From positions 6,386,001-6,450,000 of the forward strand of contig OX597833.1 of NCBI GenBank assembly GCA_951406725.2: DNA of 64,000 nucleotides. The letters run 5' to 3'. A program made the position numbers and the translations under genes. Under the pieces are notes generated by a model, which worked only from the letters and a program-made list of their open reading frames with translations, was not told the origin of the DNA and searched no databases. Source of the stretch: Octopus vulgaris (Eukaryota). Below, one piece after another: positions 49,932 to 62,645 of this stretch (position 1 is the first letter of the stretch; each line of letters opens with the position of its first letter).

Positions 49932-51390
49932 GCCTTGAGGGAGGGAGAGAGAGAGAGAGAGAGCCAGAAAGAGAAAGAGGGAGAATGGAAGCTAGAGAGG
50001 GGAGGAGGTGAGAGGGGGGGAGTGAGAGAGAGCGAGAGAGAAGAAAAAAGACAAAACCCTAACAAACACACACACACACACACACAAGCTTATGCAGCCA
50101 TATAATGAGTTCCCTAATTAAAGAATAAGGGGCCATCATCTGTTTTAGTCATGCAGCTAGCACTTCCAGCTGGTTCACAGCTCACTTGTGCCTCCTCCCC
50201 CCACTCCACTTCTCTGAGTCTTTCTACCGCCCCTCCTCCTCCTCCCCCTCTCCTTACTCTCCCCTTTTCTGTTATCGGTTCAGTTACCAGTTTTTTGTTG
50301 GTGTTTTTTTTTTTATATATACATATAAGAATGTGTTGATGATGATGATGATGATGGTTGCGGTGACAGTACGTTGTGCAGACACCAGGCCCGAGAGAGA
50401 GAGAGAGTAAGAGTGACAGACAGACAGACAGAGAGAGAGATTATGTATTCTGGGGCAGGGAAAATGAGATTTTGTGATAGTCATGCCTTTCTTCAACACA
50501 CTAGTGACAAACTCTTCCTGCCTGCCTGCCTTCCTTCCTTCTTTCCTGCCTTCCTTTAAATACTTGAAAAACCCCAAAAAAAAAGAAAACACACAAAGGG
50601 ATGTGATGGAAATACAGATATAATGTCAGGTTGTGTTGCTTTGCAAAGCTATCGGTGACCACCACCTTAGAGAATGAGAGAAGGTGAAGTATCAGCTGTC
50701 AGTTAAGTAATAATTAAAAACACAGCGAAGGAATAACATAGTAATTAATAGGTTCGTTAGTGGGAGCAATCACGTCCCCAAACTCCCTATTTTTAAAATA
50801 GCAAATTTTTAAACCCCTTTCAATATATTTCATCTTCATTCTGTTTTTCTTCTCTTCATTCTCCCTCATTCCTTTGTTTTTTTTCTTTTTTCTCATTCTC
50901 CTTTGGTCTTCCTTCATTCTTTGGTCTTCCTAAATTCTTCTTTGTACTTTCCTTCTTCTGTGTTTTTCATTCTTCATTCTTCTTCGTCCCTTTTCATTTT
51001 CATCATTGCCTTCCATCTTCAGTACAATGCTTAGTTAAAAATGAGATTTCCCAGTTCTTTTGCTAGTTACTCTGTGTGTGTCCGTGTGTCCAGAGTTTTA
51101 GTAAAGGTGGTGGCAAACCTGACGAGATGCAATAATGTTTGGCCTAGGGGGAAGAACTTTGTGGTCCCCTCGTTCAGTTGTCAGCTATGCTAGTAGACGT
51201 AACCCCTTTTTTGTCCATCTCACTACCACTTCTATTTGCTGTTGTCCGTTCTTGTTTAAAGGGCCTTGTGTGCTGTCCCCTAACAATCAGTCGTCGTCAT
51301 CATAATCATTATTATACTATTAACTACTACAGTTGGAAAGGGAAATGGAAGCATGCACAAATATAATAATAACCTGTATCTGTGCCTCTC

Positions 51391-51428
<38 letters not shown>

Positions 51429-51475
51429 CGCTTGTGTATGCTTAAGTAAATCATGTACACACTATATGTATATGA

Positions 51476-51782
51476 AGGTGCATGGTTCACATGGTGAGAG
51501 CATTGGGCTTGCAATCGTGGGGTTGTGAGTTTGATTCCAGGACTGGGCTGTGTGTTGTGTTTTTTCTCTGTAGAAACGAGTTACGATGTCACTGGTGCCA
51601 AGCTGTATCGGCCCCTTTGCCTTTCCTTTGGATAACATCAGTGGTGTAGAGCGATGGGGAGGCTGGTATGCATGGGCGACTGCTGGTCTTCTAGAACCAA
51701 CCTTGCCTGGACTTGTGCCTCAAGGGGGAACTTTCTAGGTGCAATCCCATGGTCGTTCATGACCGAAAGGGGATCTTTACCT
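51476..51782 (+). mobile_element. SINE family D-related copy in the putative 3' UTR
   Basis: tRNA-like head plus 3' module matching reverse complement of ~11736-11930; related heads at ~47097 and ~53348. Confidence 0.75.
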
Positions 51783-52662
51783 TTAATGTGTGTACTTAAT
51801 GCGTCCTATATGTGTGCACATACTTGTGTGTGTGTATATGTATAATGTGTGTGAATGTGAGGAAAAGTCAGTGAGGCTGAAGTTTGTGCCAATTACACCT
51901 GTAACTTAGATAAACAATTCACCTGTAACAAGCTATCTTCTGTGAAGGTTTCTATATAAATCTATATAGGTAGATACCAAAGGCTGTGAGGACTTCACTG
52001 GACAACTGCTGTGGACATTTTTTCTTTTATCAATATAATCCCTGCCTGTACCCCGACCCCCGACATATATAGCCCCACCCAGCCCCACACACCACACACA
52101 CACCTCTCTCTTCTTTTAATGGGTTCTTTTCCTTAAAAATGTAATTAGAAGTAGTCATTAACGGTGTCAAATGAGAGTGGGACGGCCAGGGGAGTGTTGG
52201 GCGGAGGGATTCATTTTTGGTTTTTATACCCTTTTTTTCATTTTTTTTTTTTAATGTTTGCTATTGCCATCGTTGGCAGCATCTGACAAAATTTTCTCTT
52301 TCACACACACACACTCACACACATGCACTGTCTCTTAAACCCACATACACACACACACACACACACACATTGTTTCTTGACTTTTTAAATTCATTAAAAA
52401 GAGACTAATAATAATAATGAGTGGGGCAAAATGAAATTATTATTATTATTATTATTATTAACATTATTATTATGGATGATTATGCGCATTTGCGTGTGCT
52501 TGTGTGTGTGTGAGAGAGCATGTACATATGTATTTGTGCGTGTGTGTATGTGTGTGAGCATGTACATATGTATTTATGCAACTAATATATATACCCGGAA
52601 GTGTACGTTGATTTGGCTATTGACCCGGGATGGGTGGGGCTGGGGGGGGATAATTTTTAAAA

Positions 52663-52668
52663 AATAAA
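52663..52668 (+). promoter_or_regulatory. Candidate polyadenylation signal for USP25/28 (implies ~2.7-kb 3' UTR)
   Basis: First AATAAA I noticed after the stop, followed by a GT/T-rich tract; no transcript evidence. Confidence 0.3.
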
Positions 52669-52733
52669 TTGTGCATTATCATTATTTGTTGTTGTGATTC
52701 CTTTATTATTATTATTATTGTTGTTGTTGTTAT

Positions 52734-53340
52734 TAAGGAGGTGAACTGGCAGAGTCGTTAGCAAGCTGGGCGAAATGCTTAGCGGTATTTCGTTTGCCGT
52801 TACGTTCTGGGTTCAAATTCTGCCGAGGTCGACTTTGCCTTTCATTGTTTCAGGTTCGATTAAATAAGTACCAGTTACGCACTGGGGTCGATGTAATCGA
52901 CCTAATCCGTTTGTCTGTCCTTGTTTGTCCTCTCTGTGTTTAGCCCTTTGTGGGTAGTAAAGAAATAGAAATAGGTATTTCGTCTGCCATTATGTTCTGA
53001 GTTCAAATTCCGCCGAGGTCGACTTTGCCTTTCATCCTTTCGGGGTTGATTAAATAAATACCAGTTACGCACTGGGGTTGATATAATCGACTTAATCCGT
53101 TTGTCTGTCCTTGTTTGTCCTCTCTGTGTTTAGCCCCTTGTGGGTAGTAAAGAAATAGGTATTTCGTCTGTCTTTACATTCTGAGTTCAAATTTCACCGA
53201 GCTCAGTTTTGCCTTTCATTGTTTCCAGGTTGATATATTAAGTACCAGTTGCATACTGGGGTCAAATGTGGTCGATTATCCCCCCCCTGCCCTTAAATTT
53301 CAGGTTTTGTGCCTATAGTAGAAAGGGTTATCATTATTGT
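52734..53340 (+). mobile_element. SINE family C concatemer (one head, three tandem bodies)
   Basis: ~185-bp unit ggtatttcgtctg...gtagtaaagaaata repeated head-to-tail. Confidence 0.88.
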
Positions 53341-54289
53341 TGTTACTATGGCCTAGTGGTTAGTGTGTTGCACTTACGACCGTAAGATCGTGGTTTCAAT
53401 TCGTAGATTGGGTGGTGTCTTGTTTTCTTGAGCAAAACACTTCATATCTGCAACCACTGACACCTGACGTGTGGTACACCACTCACCTGTTCTGTCAATG
53501 TCAATTTGCTGGAAGGAGTGAGCTTATTGTACAACACATACATTTGACCACACGAACAAATCATTTGTGCATGATGTTTGGCAAAAGCTGGACACTCGTT
53601 TTGTCTTCAATGGGAGAGTTCATCATTATTATTAAGACAGTTTTGAGTTCAAATTCTGCCGAGGTCGACTTTGCCTTTCAGGGTCGATTAAATAAGTACC
53701 AGTTATGCACTGGGGTCGATATAATCGACTTAATCCGTTTGCACAGATAGACACTGCAGTAAGATAAGGATAATTTACCCTGCATAATATGGCAGGTAAA
53801 AAAAAAGCCACCCTCTTCTACAATTACGGTGATTTTTAATTACCTTTGCTACAACTCGGCCATCTCTGAAGCAAAATACTTTGTTACACATCACATCCAC
53901 TGTACATCTACCAATTTTTATTGAATCCATCTGGCCACCTCTCCTCACCCATAGTTGTTTTCTACTCACCACATTCCTCGTAAACTCCACTAAAATTTTC
54001 CTATTTCACCCCATTAAGTCTCCCTACAAGATACGTCACATTTATGCCAAATGTGTAAAAACCTGTGGTCACTCCAAACCAACAAGGGCTTCCTTTTTGA
54101 CCCCGTCAGTGTCCCTTCTATCTTCCTCATTATGTTCCAAAGGCTACAACGATTTATCTCTATCTGGAACAATCTGGTGTTTTGCTTCCAGGAATAAAGG
54201 ATTATCTTATAACCTTCATTGGCTAAACAACTGTTTCTGCCATAAGATGCAGCGGACTCGTAGTTGAGTGCCTGAAGAACACCTTTTAG

Positions 54290-54633
54290 CCATCATCGGA
54301 GCCTCAAATACGAAGTGTAAGTTATTTGGGAATGAAATACATTTGTGCCTGTATCGGTAACAGCATCAACAAGGACAGAAGTCAATACGGGTGTATATAA
54401 GAAAAATGTTCAAAAGTTGATTAGATGCATTAGTAGAAACGTATGTACATAAACGTTCACGTGCACTCCGAGGCACCCGCAGACACGGGGTCACCCCCCA
54501 CCTTCTCCGGCTATATAATACACACAAACATACATACAAAAATACATACACCTAAAACATATGTATAGTTGTGTGTGAGTCTACGCCGGCATCTTTTGTT
54601 TTGTGTGTGTGTATACATACATATGTGTATATG

Positions 54634-54666
<33 letters not shown>

Positions 54667-54828
54667 GAGTGAGTGGAGAAACGAAAGAAGGGCACTCAAC
54701 ACATTTATTTTGAGTTACATATATGAAAACAGTTTGATTAAAATTCGTTGGTACTCTCAGGTTTCAAGAGTGATGCTAGTCTTCAGCCATTTTTGACTGA
54801 AGACTAGCATCTGAAACTGTTTTGCTCC

Positions 54829-54859
<31 letters not shown>

Positions 54860-56012
54860 TACACTCACGGGGTGGTTAGCGTCAGGAAGGGCATCCAGCC
54901 GTAGGAACCATGCTAAATCAGACTGGAGTCTGATGTAAACCCTCAGCTTATCAGCCCTGGTCAAACCATCCAACTAAAGCCAGACGTTAAGTGATGATTT
55001 AACAGACGTTAAATGATGATTATATATATATATCATCATCATTTAACATCCGTTTTCTATGCTAGCATGGGTTGGACGGTTCGACCCGGGTCTGGGAAGG
55101 CAGGAGGCTGCACTAGGCTCCAGTCTGATCTGGTAGTGTTTCTACAGCTGGATGCCCTTCCTAACGCCAACCACTCCGTGAGTGTAGTGGGTGCTTTTTA
55201 CGTGCCACCGGCACAGGTGCCAGGGGAGGCTGGCAGCGGCCACGATAGGTTGGTGCTTTTTACGTGCCACCGGCATGGAAGCTAGTCAAGGCGGCGATAC
55301 ACACACACATACACACGTTACACAGAAAACAAAAGATGCTAGCACAGAGGGACTGACCCACACAAGTATGTGTGTTTTTGTTTTCTGTGTATCGTGTGTG
55401 TATGTATATATGTCTCTGTGTGTGTATACGTATCTGCGGATGCCTTGGAGTGCACGCGTACGCATATATATATATATATTCTTTATTCTTTTATTTGTCT
55501 GTCAGTTGACTGCGGTCATGCTGGAGCACCGCCTTTAGTCGAGCAAATTGACCCCAGGACTTATTGTTTTTAAGCCTTGTATTTATTCTATCGGTCTCTC
55601 TTACCGAACCGCTAAGTGACGGGGACGTAAACACACAAGCATCGGTTGTCAAACGATGTTGAGAGGACAACCACACACACAAATATATACATATATACAT
55701 ATACATATATACGACGGGCATCTTTCAGTTTCCGTCTACCAAATCCACTCACAAGGCTTTGGTCGGCCCGAGGCTATAGTAGAAGACACTTGCCCAAGGT
55801 GCCACGCAGTGGGACTGAACCCGGAACTTACCACACAGCTACTCCTGCGCCTATATATTTCCACTAATGCATCCAATTACCTTTTGGACATAGACTTCTC
55901 TTATATACACCTGCATTGACTTCTTTCCTTGTTGATGTCGTTCCCTAATACAGGTACAAACGTAATTCTTTCCCAAATAAACTGCACTTCATATTCGAGG
56001 ATCCGACGAAGC
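54290..56012. repeat. Old, diverged large inverted repeat interrupted by SINEs
   Basis: ~54290-54615 is the reverse complement of ~55300-55460 plus ~55855-56012. Confidence 0.75.
55480..55851 (-). mobile_element. SINE family B
   Basis: Homologous to 8757-9191. Confidence 0.85.
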
Positions 56013-56087
56013 CATAAGGTAAAGCTATAGAGAATGATGCAAATGAGATCTGCCCTCTAAACGGGTGTAAATTCTGGAATAATATAT

Positions 56088-56297
56088 GTTTCTTTACTAC
56101 CCACAAGGGGCTAAACACAGAGGGGACAGACAAAGGGATTAAGTCGATTACATAGACCCCAGTGCGTAACTGTTGTTTATTTAATCGACCCCGAAAGGAT
56201 GAAAGGCAAAGTGGACCTCGGCGGAATTTGAACTCAGGACGTAACGGCAGACGAAATACGGCTACGCATTTCGCCCAGCTAACGTTTCTGCCAGCTC
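56088..56297 (-). mobile_element. SINE family C
   Basis: Homologous to the 6149 copy. Confidence 0.85.
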
Positions 56298-57649
56298 ATA
56301 GAAAGTACCAAGAAGCTGGAGAAAGCCAATTCATGCTATGACAATCGAAAATACCTGTGTGTCGTGTTTGTTGATGACGGCTAATTAGCATAACGTTTTA
56401 GGAAAACTTTAGATAATCTGCATCTACCGAATAAAGGAATAGAAAGGCCAGGGACGCTCATAAGATCCTAGATTTGTAGAACATGTCCATTTGAAAGCCC
56501 CTCCCCCATGTACGGAGAACAGTTGTATAGTATGAAGGATGAGCCCACAGTAGAGTATGTAGTCTATAGTATATGGTGTACTGAGGGACGGACCGGAAAC
56601 AGGACAGTAACATACATTGGGGAGACAACATGGTGAGCGGATGAGTGAACACTGGCGGAAGCTGAAAGAGGAGAAAAGCTCGTCAGTGCTTTGTCAAAGA
56701 GGCTCAATTAGAACCTGAAATTTCGGCTGGTAACATAGATGTTAAGATATCAACACATAGAACAAACACAACAGATTACAGAGGATGCATACATAATAAT
56801 AGATAGTCGGAACCTCAAAATGAAAACATGAATGAAATAATAGCACCACTCCGCTGCGTGATCCGACGACTAAAGACAGATACAAACAGAATAATAAATA
56901 AATCCCTATACACACACACACACATAAGACACACATAAACATACTACAGACGAAATGAGAAAAAAGGAAATAAACGAATAAAAACCAAACAAAAGACACG
57001 GGTTCAAACAGTGTAGGAAGTAAACCCAAATACACGCACTCAAAACACAGACACGTGCGCACATACACACACACACACACATAAAGACGCATGCAGATAA
57101 AGATACACCTCGCAGAAAGACAGAATGGACTAAACAGAACAGGAGGAGACACATGACATGGAAGTATCGCTGAAGAGGTCACAGGTGTGTGACGAAAGAT
57201 TTCAGAAAAAAAAGGGACACTAAAATATGGATAAGAATAAAGCTGAAGTGAAGAGAAAGTATACGGTGCATGTGGTTAATTGGCAAAGCAAATATTTTGA
57301 CCGTGTCCAAATATCAAATCAAATGCTCAGATCAGACCAGTGAGCTAAAATTGAGAGTCGAAGGATGAGATACGGAACCCAGACAAACAACTGCCTGTCA
57401 CACACAAACACACACAGATAGATAAAACTTACTTGGAAGAGGATGCGTGGCGTTCAATCATATGGTTATATAAATAATATGTACATATATATATGTATGT
57501 GTATGTATATGTATATATATGTATGCGTATATATGTATGTGTGTGTATATATATATATATATATGCGTATATATGTATATAAATATGTATATATATATGT
57601 AAATATATATATATATGTATCTATATATATATATATATGTGTGTGTGTA

Positions 57650-58060
57650 TAAGCACTCCGTCGGTATACGACGATGAGGGTTCCGGTTGTATCCGAAATA
57701 CAACGGAACAAGAACTGCTCGTGAAATTACACGTGTAAGTGGCTGAGCACTCCAAAAGACACGTGTACGAAGCCTGTAACGTAGTTCTCAGGGATATTCA
57801 GCGTGACAGATCTTGAGATCGCTGACAAGGCCGGCCCCAAGGAAATACAGGTACAACAGAAACGAGCAAGTAGATTTCTTGAGAAAAAGGAGGCGAATGT
57901 AGTACGAAACAAGGATCAGAAAAACGGACGGATGCCTCGAATGGAGCTTTAGGTGTTTTCAATAAACACACACAACGCCCGGTCTAATCGACAAAAACAG
58001 CAGATGTCCTCCGACTTTAGCGAGTCCGCTGCCCTAACCAGCTGGGCCATTGCGCCTCCA
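57650..58060 (-). mobile_element. SINE family D copy with an interleaved (chimeric) centre
   Basis: Ends match the 34423 copy; centre is mixed with family E sequence. Confidence 0.65.
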
Positions 58061-58123
58061 CACACATATATATATATATGTATATATGTATGTATATATA
58101 TATATGTATATATATATATGTAT

Positions 58124-58155
<32 letters not shown>

Positions 58156-58269
58156 ATATATATATATATGTATGTATATAATAAATATTATGGGAATAAA
58201 TCCAAATTTACATATATAAAAATCAGATTTAGGATTAAATCCAATGTTTATATGTATATGTATATAATA

Positions 58270-58506
58270 TATTAGAGACAAAACCACTATGTTTGCAAAA
58301 CAAACAAGGAAAGACTTAATCAATACATAAAATGTATTATATATGTATTTGAAACTGATATATTGGAAGTCCACCTGAAGATTGTCGATGTACATATAAA
58401 TATATGTGTAGTATATATATATTGTATGTTTATGTAAATATGTTTATGTATATATATATAGTCTTTCCTTGTTTGTTTTGCAAATATATGGTATGTCTCT
58501 AATAAT
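58270..58506. repeat. MITE-like inverted repeat between (TA)n tracts
   Basis: tttgcaaaacaaacaaggaaagact ... agtctttccttgtttgttttgcaaa. Confidence 0.8.
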
Positions 58507-58837
58507 ATTATATGTATGTATATATATATATATATGTATGTATATATATATATATGTATGTATATATATATATATGTATGTATATATATATATGTATGTA
58601 TATATGTATGTATATATGTATGTATATATATATGTATATATATGTATGTATATATATATGTATATATATGTATGTATATATATATGTATGTATATATATA
58701 TGTATGTATATATATATATATATGTGTGTGTGTATGTATATATGTGTGTGTGTATATATATATGTGTGTGTGTATATATATATATGTGTGTATATATAAA
58801 TATATGTATATATGTATAAAAAAATATATATATATAA

Positions 58838-59150
58838 ACAAAATGGGACAAGAACACAAAACACTCAAAGAGACGACACAAAAGACGGACGGGTCATTCG
58901 AAGCCTCTAATCTTCAGTCAAGAACCGGATCATCCTCGCAATTTCGGCTGATTAATCTTGAGATCGCTCCGATCTGGCCAGCCCCAAAGGAAAAACTAAG
59001 CTACGACCAATTAGATTTCTTGGAAAAAGGATCGAATGTATACGAAACAAGGACAGAAAAACGGACGATGCCACACGAATATAAATACAAAAAACAATAA
59101 TAGTAATAACAGGACAAAAACAGCAGGTGTCTTACGACTTTAGACAGTTC
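58838..59150. repeat. Dispersed repeat family E, (TA)n-associated, possibly Penelope-derived; further copies ~60210-60420 and ~61095-61385
   Basis: Shared tcttcagtcaagaaccggatcatcctcgcaatttcggctgattaatcttgagat; each copy abuts a (TA)n tract. Confidence 0.75.
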
Positions 59151-59175
59151 AAATGAGCTTAGCTGGCGTATTGTG

Positions 59176-59264
<89 letters not shown>

Positions 59265-59327
59265 GTATGTTTGTATGTATATATATATGTATGTGTGTAT
59301 ATATATGTATATATATATATATAAAAG

Positions 59328-59364
<37 letters not shown>

Positions 59365-59377
59365 GTTTGTATATCTA

Positions 59378-59418
<41 letters not shown>

Positions 59419-59698
59419 GTATGTATATATATATATGTATTATGTATATATATATGTGTGTATATATATATATATATGTATGTATATATATGTGTGTGTG
59501 TGTATATATATATGCATGTATATATATATATATGTATGTATATATGTGTATGTATATATATATATATATGTGTGTATGTATATATATATCTGTATATGTA
59601 TGCATGTATATATATGTATGTTTATGTATATGTATATATATATATATGTATGTATATATATATATATGTGTGTATGTATATATATATATATGTGTATG

Positions 59699-59734
<36 letters not shown>

Positions 59735-60864
59735 TATATGTGTATATATATATGTATGTATATATATATATGTGTGTGTATGTATATATATATATATATG
59801 TGTGTATATATATGATACATCCTTGGGAGTGAAGGACTCCAAGTCTTTGTTAGTGAATTTCTTAACCATTAGGCCAATTATTAAATCATTCCCAAGATCC
59901 TTTGCGACTTACTGCAGAACACATTGGACCACGTGCAATTAATGGAACTGCATTTTGGAAATAGGATTGGAAAATTCTTCAAACGTCAATTGACAAATGG
60001 ATCAAGGAACGGTGTGGTTCTTAACTGAATGGAATGACTTGGAAAGAAAAGCTATTCCTTATTTACATTTACTTGCACACACACACATCGTATGCCTGTG
60101 TATATGTATGTGCATGTATGCTTATTGTATATTTGAACGTATGTGCATTTGGGTATCCATATATATATATATATATATATAATATAAATCTTTACATAAA
60201 TAAATAACGTGAAATACACGAAGGGACGAAAAAAAAGACAAACGGGTCATTCAAAGCCTTCATTCTTCAGTCAGAAACTGATCCCTCATCGCAGATTTCG
60301 GCTGTTTAATTCTGAGATCCGCTCCGAATCAGCCAGCCACAGAAGGAAAGAATGCAACGCAACAGAGACGAACATGAAACGAAAAATCTTTTTTGGAGAC
60401 AGTAACGGTTAAAAACATGGATGACACAGGCGCCTTACGGCTTTGAGACAAAAAGAGAGACACAAAAACAATATCAGCAAGCGTGGAAAAATAATTACCT
60501 TTTCGGTGATAAGACACATGTTGAACAAGTGGCCGATGGAAACAGAATGGCTGAGGCAGCAAGTCGCAAGAGGGTAAGAGAGAGAAGGGGACTAAGAGAG
60601 AGAAGGGGGCTAAGAGAGAGAGGGGACCAAGGAGGGTAGAAGGCGAGGACAGAAGCAGTGACCGAGAGAGAGAGAGGGAGAGAAGGAATCAGAGAAGAAG
60701 CAGTGACCAAGAGAGAGAGGGAGAGAAGGAATCAGAGAGGCTGGGAGAAAAAGGCGCCAAAACAATTTGGCAACGAAGCAATGGCGAAGGAAAGAAAATA
60801 GTTTAAAGACATCGTGCAGGGGTTTTGATATGATAAACATAAAGAAGTTATTATGCATGTATGC

Positions 60865-60903
<39 letters not shown>

Positions 60904-60982
60904 AATAATGAGGGTAGAAATTGACATTAATCAATGGCTTAGCATATTTTTAAAAATCCGAAGATCAAAAATTATATTACTT

Positions 60983-61042
60983 ACAAAATTTAGCGGAATG
61001 ACCATACTATGAGTCCATTTTAGTGGTCATTCCTCTAAATTT

Positions 61043-61045
<3 letters not shown>
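60983..61045. repeat. Short hairpin abutting (TA)n
   Basis: acaaaatttagcggaatgacca ... tggtcattcctctaaattttgt. Confidence 0.75.
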
Positions 61046-61077
<32 letters not shown>

Positions 61078-61413
61078 ATATATATATATGTAAAAAAAAA
61101 TACAAACTGGGGCAAGAACGCAAAACATTTAGAAGACGATACAAAAAACACGGACGGGACATTCAAAACCTTCAATCTTCAGTCAAGAACCGGATCATCC
61201 TCGCAATTTCGGCTGATTAATCTTGAGATTGCTCCAATCTGGCCAGCCCCAAAGGAAAATCTAAGCCAAGCGTATTAGATTCATTGGAAGAAAGCCTCGA
61301 ATGTATACAAAACAAGGACGGAAAACCGGACGATGTTACACGAATAAGAATACAAAAATACGTAAAAACAATAGTGATAATAATAGGTCCATGTATTTGT
61401 GTGTGCTTATATA

Positions 61414-62471
61414 CAGAGCGCGTAAGGTATTTGAGGACATACCTTTTTTGGGGTCATTGCTGCATTTTTCGCTAACTGTATAATCTTTGTTTCAGAAAAT
61501 AATAATGGCAGACCATTCTAAATGCTCTCAAATAATCAGAACACTTGAATTGATCCAGCAAGTTCAACAGACCATTGATTACAATGCCAGAAAGTCCATG
61601 AGGTCAATTGCAAAAGATCTCCATGTGTCAGAAGGAACAGTCAGAAATGTTGTCCACGAAGACATCAGAAATGTCTTATGTGATGAGGAAAGGTCAATTT
61701 GTCAGAAAAAAACAAAAGAAAATCACTACATCAGATCTAAAAGGCTCTTAAACAAACTGAAAAATCCAGCAGAAGAAGATTTGATTTGGTTTTTCTCAGA
61801 CGAGAAAAACTTTGACCAAGATTAAAAAGTTGACAGAAGAAATGACAGATGGTTATGTGCAGAACCTTCTGAAATTCCAAGTGTTATGCATACAAAATTT
61901 CCTGCAACTATCATGGCTTTAGAGGTTGTCAGCAATGAAGGACATGTGATGCCTCCTTACTTATTTCCTTAGAGATAACTCTGTGAGGTCCTGGAAACAA
62001 CAGTTAAGCCCTGGATAGACAGTACATGCAATGGAAGGCCATATGTGTTTCAGTAAGACTCTGCACTATCATACATGGCTCTTGTAACACAGGAATGGAT
62101 GGCTGAAACTTTTCATGGTCACATAACCCCTAACATTTGGCCTCGTAATTCTCCAGATCTCAATTCATTGGACTACTACACGTGACACATTGTTGAGAGA
62201 GGGGTCAATGAACACACCCAAAACACCAAAGATTCTTTGAAAGCTGCCATAGTCAGAGTAATGTCCAATTCGAGCATGTAGATGATTTAGATCTCATATA
62301 GAAGCAGTTGTTGAAGCTGAAGGTGGCTTTATTGAATAACATTATAGAAAAGAAGGTTTATTTTTATCCTCATAAATAATAATTTATCCTAATAAATAAC
62401 ATTATTATCTGTTATTATATATCTCTGTTTTTATAAACATAAATCTGTCCTCAAACGTCTTATGTACCCTG
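61414..62471 (+). mobile_element. Decayed Tc1/mariner element of the DD37D (maT) family, with TIRs and TA target duplication
   Basis: KSMRSIAKDLHVSEGTVRNVV, FFSDEKNF, FQ*DSA...WPRNSPDLNSLDY with 37 residues between 2nd and 3rd D; ends EAEGGFIE* at 62339; 26-bp imperfect TIRs cagagcgcgtaaggtatttgaggaca and tgtcctcaaacgtcttatgtaccctg flanked by TA; internal stops. Confidence 0.9.
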
Positions 62472-62540
62472 TATATATATATATAAAGTTAATCCAAACA
62501 TAAAAACGCAAAGAGAAAACACAGCAACGCGAGGACGTGG

Positions 62541-62645
<105 letters not shown>

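Larger units (their letters stand above)
57470..59812. repeat. Cluster of long (TA)n/(TATG)n microsatellites (~57470-57650, 58060-58190, 58510-58835, 59175-59812)
   Basis: Direct inspection; these tracts generate the YI/MY-rich pseudo-ORFs. Confidence 0.95.

Noticed and set aside
49673-50083. 136-aa antisense ORF over the last exon
   Set aside because: Mirror of triplet and GA repeats; no independent coding evidence.
57443-59942. Long ORFs (up to 220 aa) rich in Y/I/M/C/V
   Set aside because: Translations of (TA)n/(TATG)n microsatellites, open in several frames on both strands.
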